A DNA stretch of 64,000 nt from Mobula birostris (Eukaryota), in the NCBI RefSeq assembly GCF_030028105.1, contig NC_092371.1, positions 126,945,343 to 127,009,342 of the forward strand, given 5' to 3'. Below the pieces are notes generated by a model. The model ran no database searches. It saw only the letters and a list, made by a program, of their open reading frames with translations, and was not told the DNA's origin. Positions within the stretch are counted from its first letter, which is position 1. Each line of letters opens with the position of its first letter. Shown here piece after piece: positions 61,975-64,000 of this stretch. Both the position numbers and the translations under genes were made by a program.

Positions 61975-62750
61975 GGTGAGATCAGGTTTGGGCGAGGTAA
62001 ATCGTCTTGAAAGTCACTCTCTCTTGGTCCTTATTTATTCATAGCTCATCTGTTAGGGCATAGTAGGTAAGTGAGAATGGCTCCAGGGGCAATGTTTTGT
62101 ACTCTGTGTGGCATGTGGGAAGTCTGGGAGACTTTCATTCTCCCAGATAAACACATCTGCACCAGTCTCACAGAGTTGCAGCACCCGAGAGCGCGCATTA
62201 AGGAAATGGAATTACAGCTCCATGACTTTCAACGCATTATGTGAAAATGAGGTGGTGATAGACAAGAGCTACCGGGAGGTAGCCATCCCTAGGTTGCAGG
62301 AGACAGATAACTGTGTGCCTGCCAGGAGGAAGGAAAATGCACAACCATTGTGAAGTACACCTGTGGCCATTCCCCTCAACAAGTACAGAACTTCAGATTC
62401 TATGGAGGGGGAGGACATAATGGGGGGTAATGACCAGGTCTCTGGCATTAAGTCTGGTGCTGTAGCTGAGAAGAGCAGAGAGGTGAAGAGGACTGCCGTG
62501 TTGATAGGAGATTCCTCAGTCAGAGGAACAGAGACGAGGTTCTGCGGGTGCAACAGACATCTGGATGGTACCTTGCCCCCCTGGTGCCAGGATCAGGGAT
62601 GTCTTGGATCAGGACCATGGCATTCTCAAGGATGTGGGCGAGCAGCCAAGAGCATTGGTGCATAAGCAGACAAGGTGAGAAGGTCCAGAAGAGAGATTTT
62701 AGGGAGCTAGATAAGAAGCTGAGAAAAGCTGAGGATGACCTCAGAAAGAT
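61975..62750 (+). mobile_element. CR1 5' UTR/ORF1 fragment (5' UTR starts ~58135)
   Basis: CxxCGMWE, PVAIPLNKY, AVLIGDSSVRGTETRFCG. Confidence 0.75.
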
Positions 62751-62769
62751 GCAGGTTCCGTATCTTCCC

Positions 62770-64000
62770 GGGTAAAAACATCTTGAAATCAGTTTGCAAG
62801 AGCTTCTACCTTCTCCTGGTCCTCAGTGATCAGACAGTTGTTCACCTTTAGCATTTGGACACCAGTGTTGTCTATCCGTCTGGATTTCACATATCTCCAA
62901 AAATCCTTAGGACGCTCTCCCTCAAGAACTGAAGAAACACGTTGTTTATGAGCACTCCTAATGGTAGGGTCGACTTGCTTCTGCACTCTGGTGAACTTGT
63001 CCCAATCCAGTCTTGTACCACTACATTTTTTGGCACGGATGTAAAATTTCTCTTTTTTACTACTGAGATGTTTTAATTTCACTGAAAACCAAGGAGAACA
63101 CATATGGTCCTTAATAAATTTATGAGAAACATGATTCAGAACAATATCATTTAGTGAGTCTCTCAGACACATCCAGTTGTCTGCAACAGATTTTTTGTCT
63201 GGTTGTAAGTTAAAGAAGTCTCTCTCAAGTTGTTTTGCCAAGTCCTTGAATTCCTCACTGTTCACCTTTCTCCAAAGCAGATTTCACCTTTCTCCAAAGC
63301 AGATTTTTACAAGGTGGTTTAGGGGGAACTTTAATGCTTGTGTGCAGTTTTGCTTGAATAATAAAATGATCACTGATTCCAACACGGGGTAAAACCTCCG
63401 AAATTAAATCTAGATGCAAAGTCAGAAATAAATCTAAGGTGTTGTCGGCGCCACCTATATCATCACATCTGGTAGGAAAAGTAACTTTCTGAGACAGATG
63501 ATATCTCAGAATCAAATCAGACAGGGTTTCCTGAAGAGCACCGTTTGGTTCACTTTGTGTGCCGTCAGTCCGATCTACACCTGCGACATTAAAATCACCC
63601 CGCAAGATAATAAACAGAGAGCGCCAGAAGTCGTTTATTTTGGAAATGCTTGATTCAATTTGAAAGTGAGGAGGGAATATCTCAGCAGATTTAATTGAAG
63701 GATGAAGCCAAGATTCAGGATGACAGGATTAAAATGACAGGATTTTCGGTTTCAATAAATGAATTAATCACAGCCGATTTTCCTTTTATACTGCGGCAAT
63801 TAATGATAGCAATTTTAATCCCATTACTTTTACTAATATCCTTGCGAGTACTGTCTTTTTTAGTAGTTCGAGTTTCATTGTGAGCATTGTGTGCACTTCT
63901 TTGTCCATCAACAAATTTACAGTTAGTGCTAGCGGAAGGGGTTGGCTGGGGATTGTCATCAACGGGGGTGTTGCTCTTACCATCTTTCCCGACAATGGTC
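62770..64000 (-). mobile_element. CR1/L2-group LINE APE and linker fragment; third copy of the array unit start
   Basis: GDFNV, DNTLDLFLT..GISDHF, SPWFS, PKDFWRYVKSRR; collinear with 39118-39930. Confidence 0.8.

Overview
This is eukaryotic, almost entirely repeat-derived DNA. The mix of CR1, Penelope, Rex1, Tx1, L1, RTE and tRNA-SINE families suggests a cartilaginous fish, probably a ray (inference). No intact host gene, RNA gene or CRISPR array is visible, and nearly all ORFs in the track are decayed transposon fragments or their antisense shadows. Main structures: (1) A defective endogenous retrovirus at 17366-21734 (LTR, tRNA-Ser-like PBS, leader, env tail, PPT, LTR; no gag/pol seen) sits inside a six-level nest of elements. 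An inverted segmental copy at 1-5220 still carries a readable gamma-type Env TM ectodomain (ISD and decayed CX6CC), split by a hAT transposon. (2) A decayed Gypsy element and large CR1 blocks occupy 22.7-38.5 kb. (3) A tandem array from ~39 kb to the window end has two copies of an Academ (AcademX-type, XPG nuclease + Cys-rich) DNA transposon with TIRs and ATC TSDs, each further hit by different elements. (4) An L1 shows a textbook twin-priming 5' inversion. (5) A few non-repeat islands look like orphan or pseudo-exons of unidentified host genes. Boundaries were read by eye and are approximate unless a TSD or terminus is quoted.
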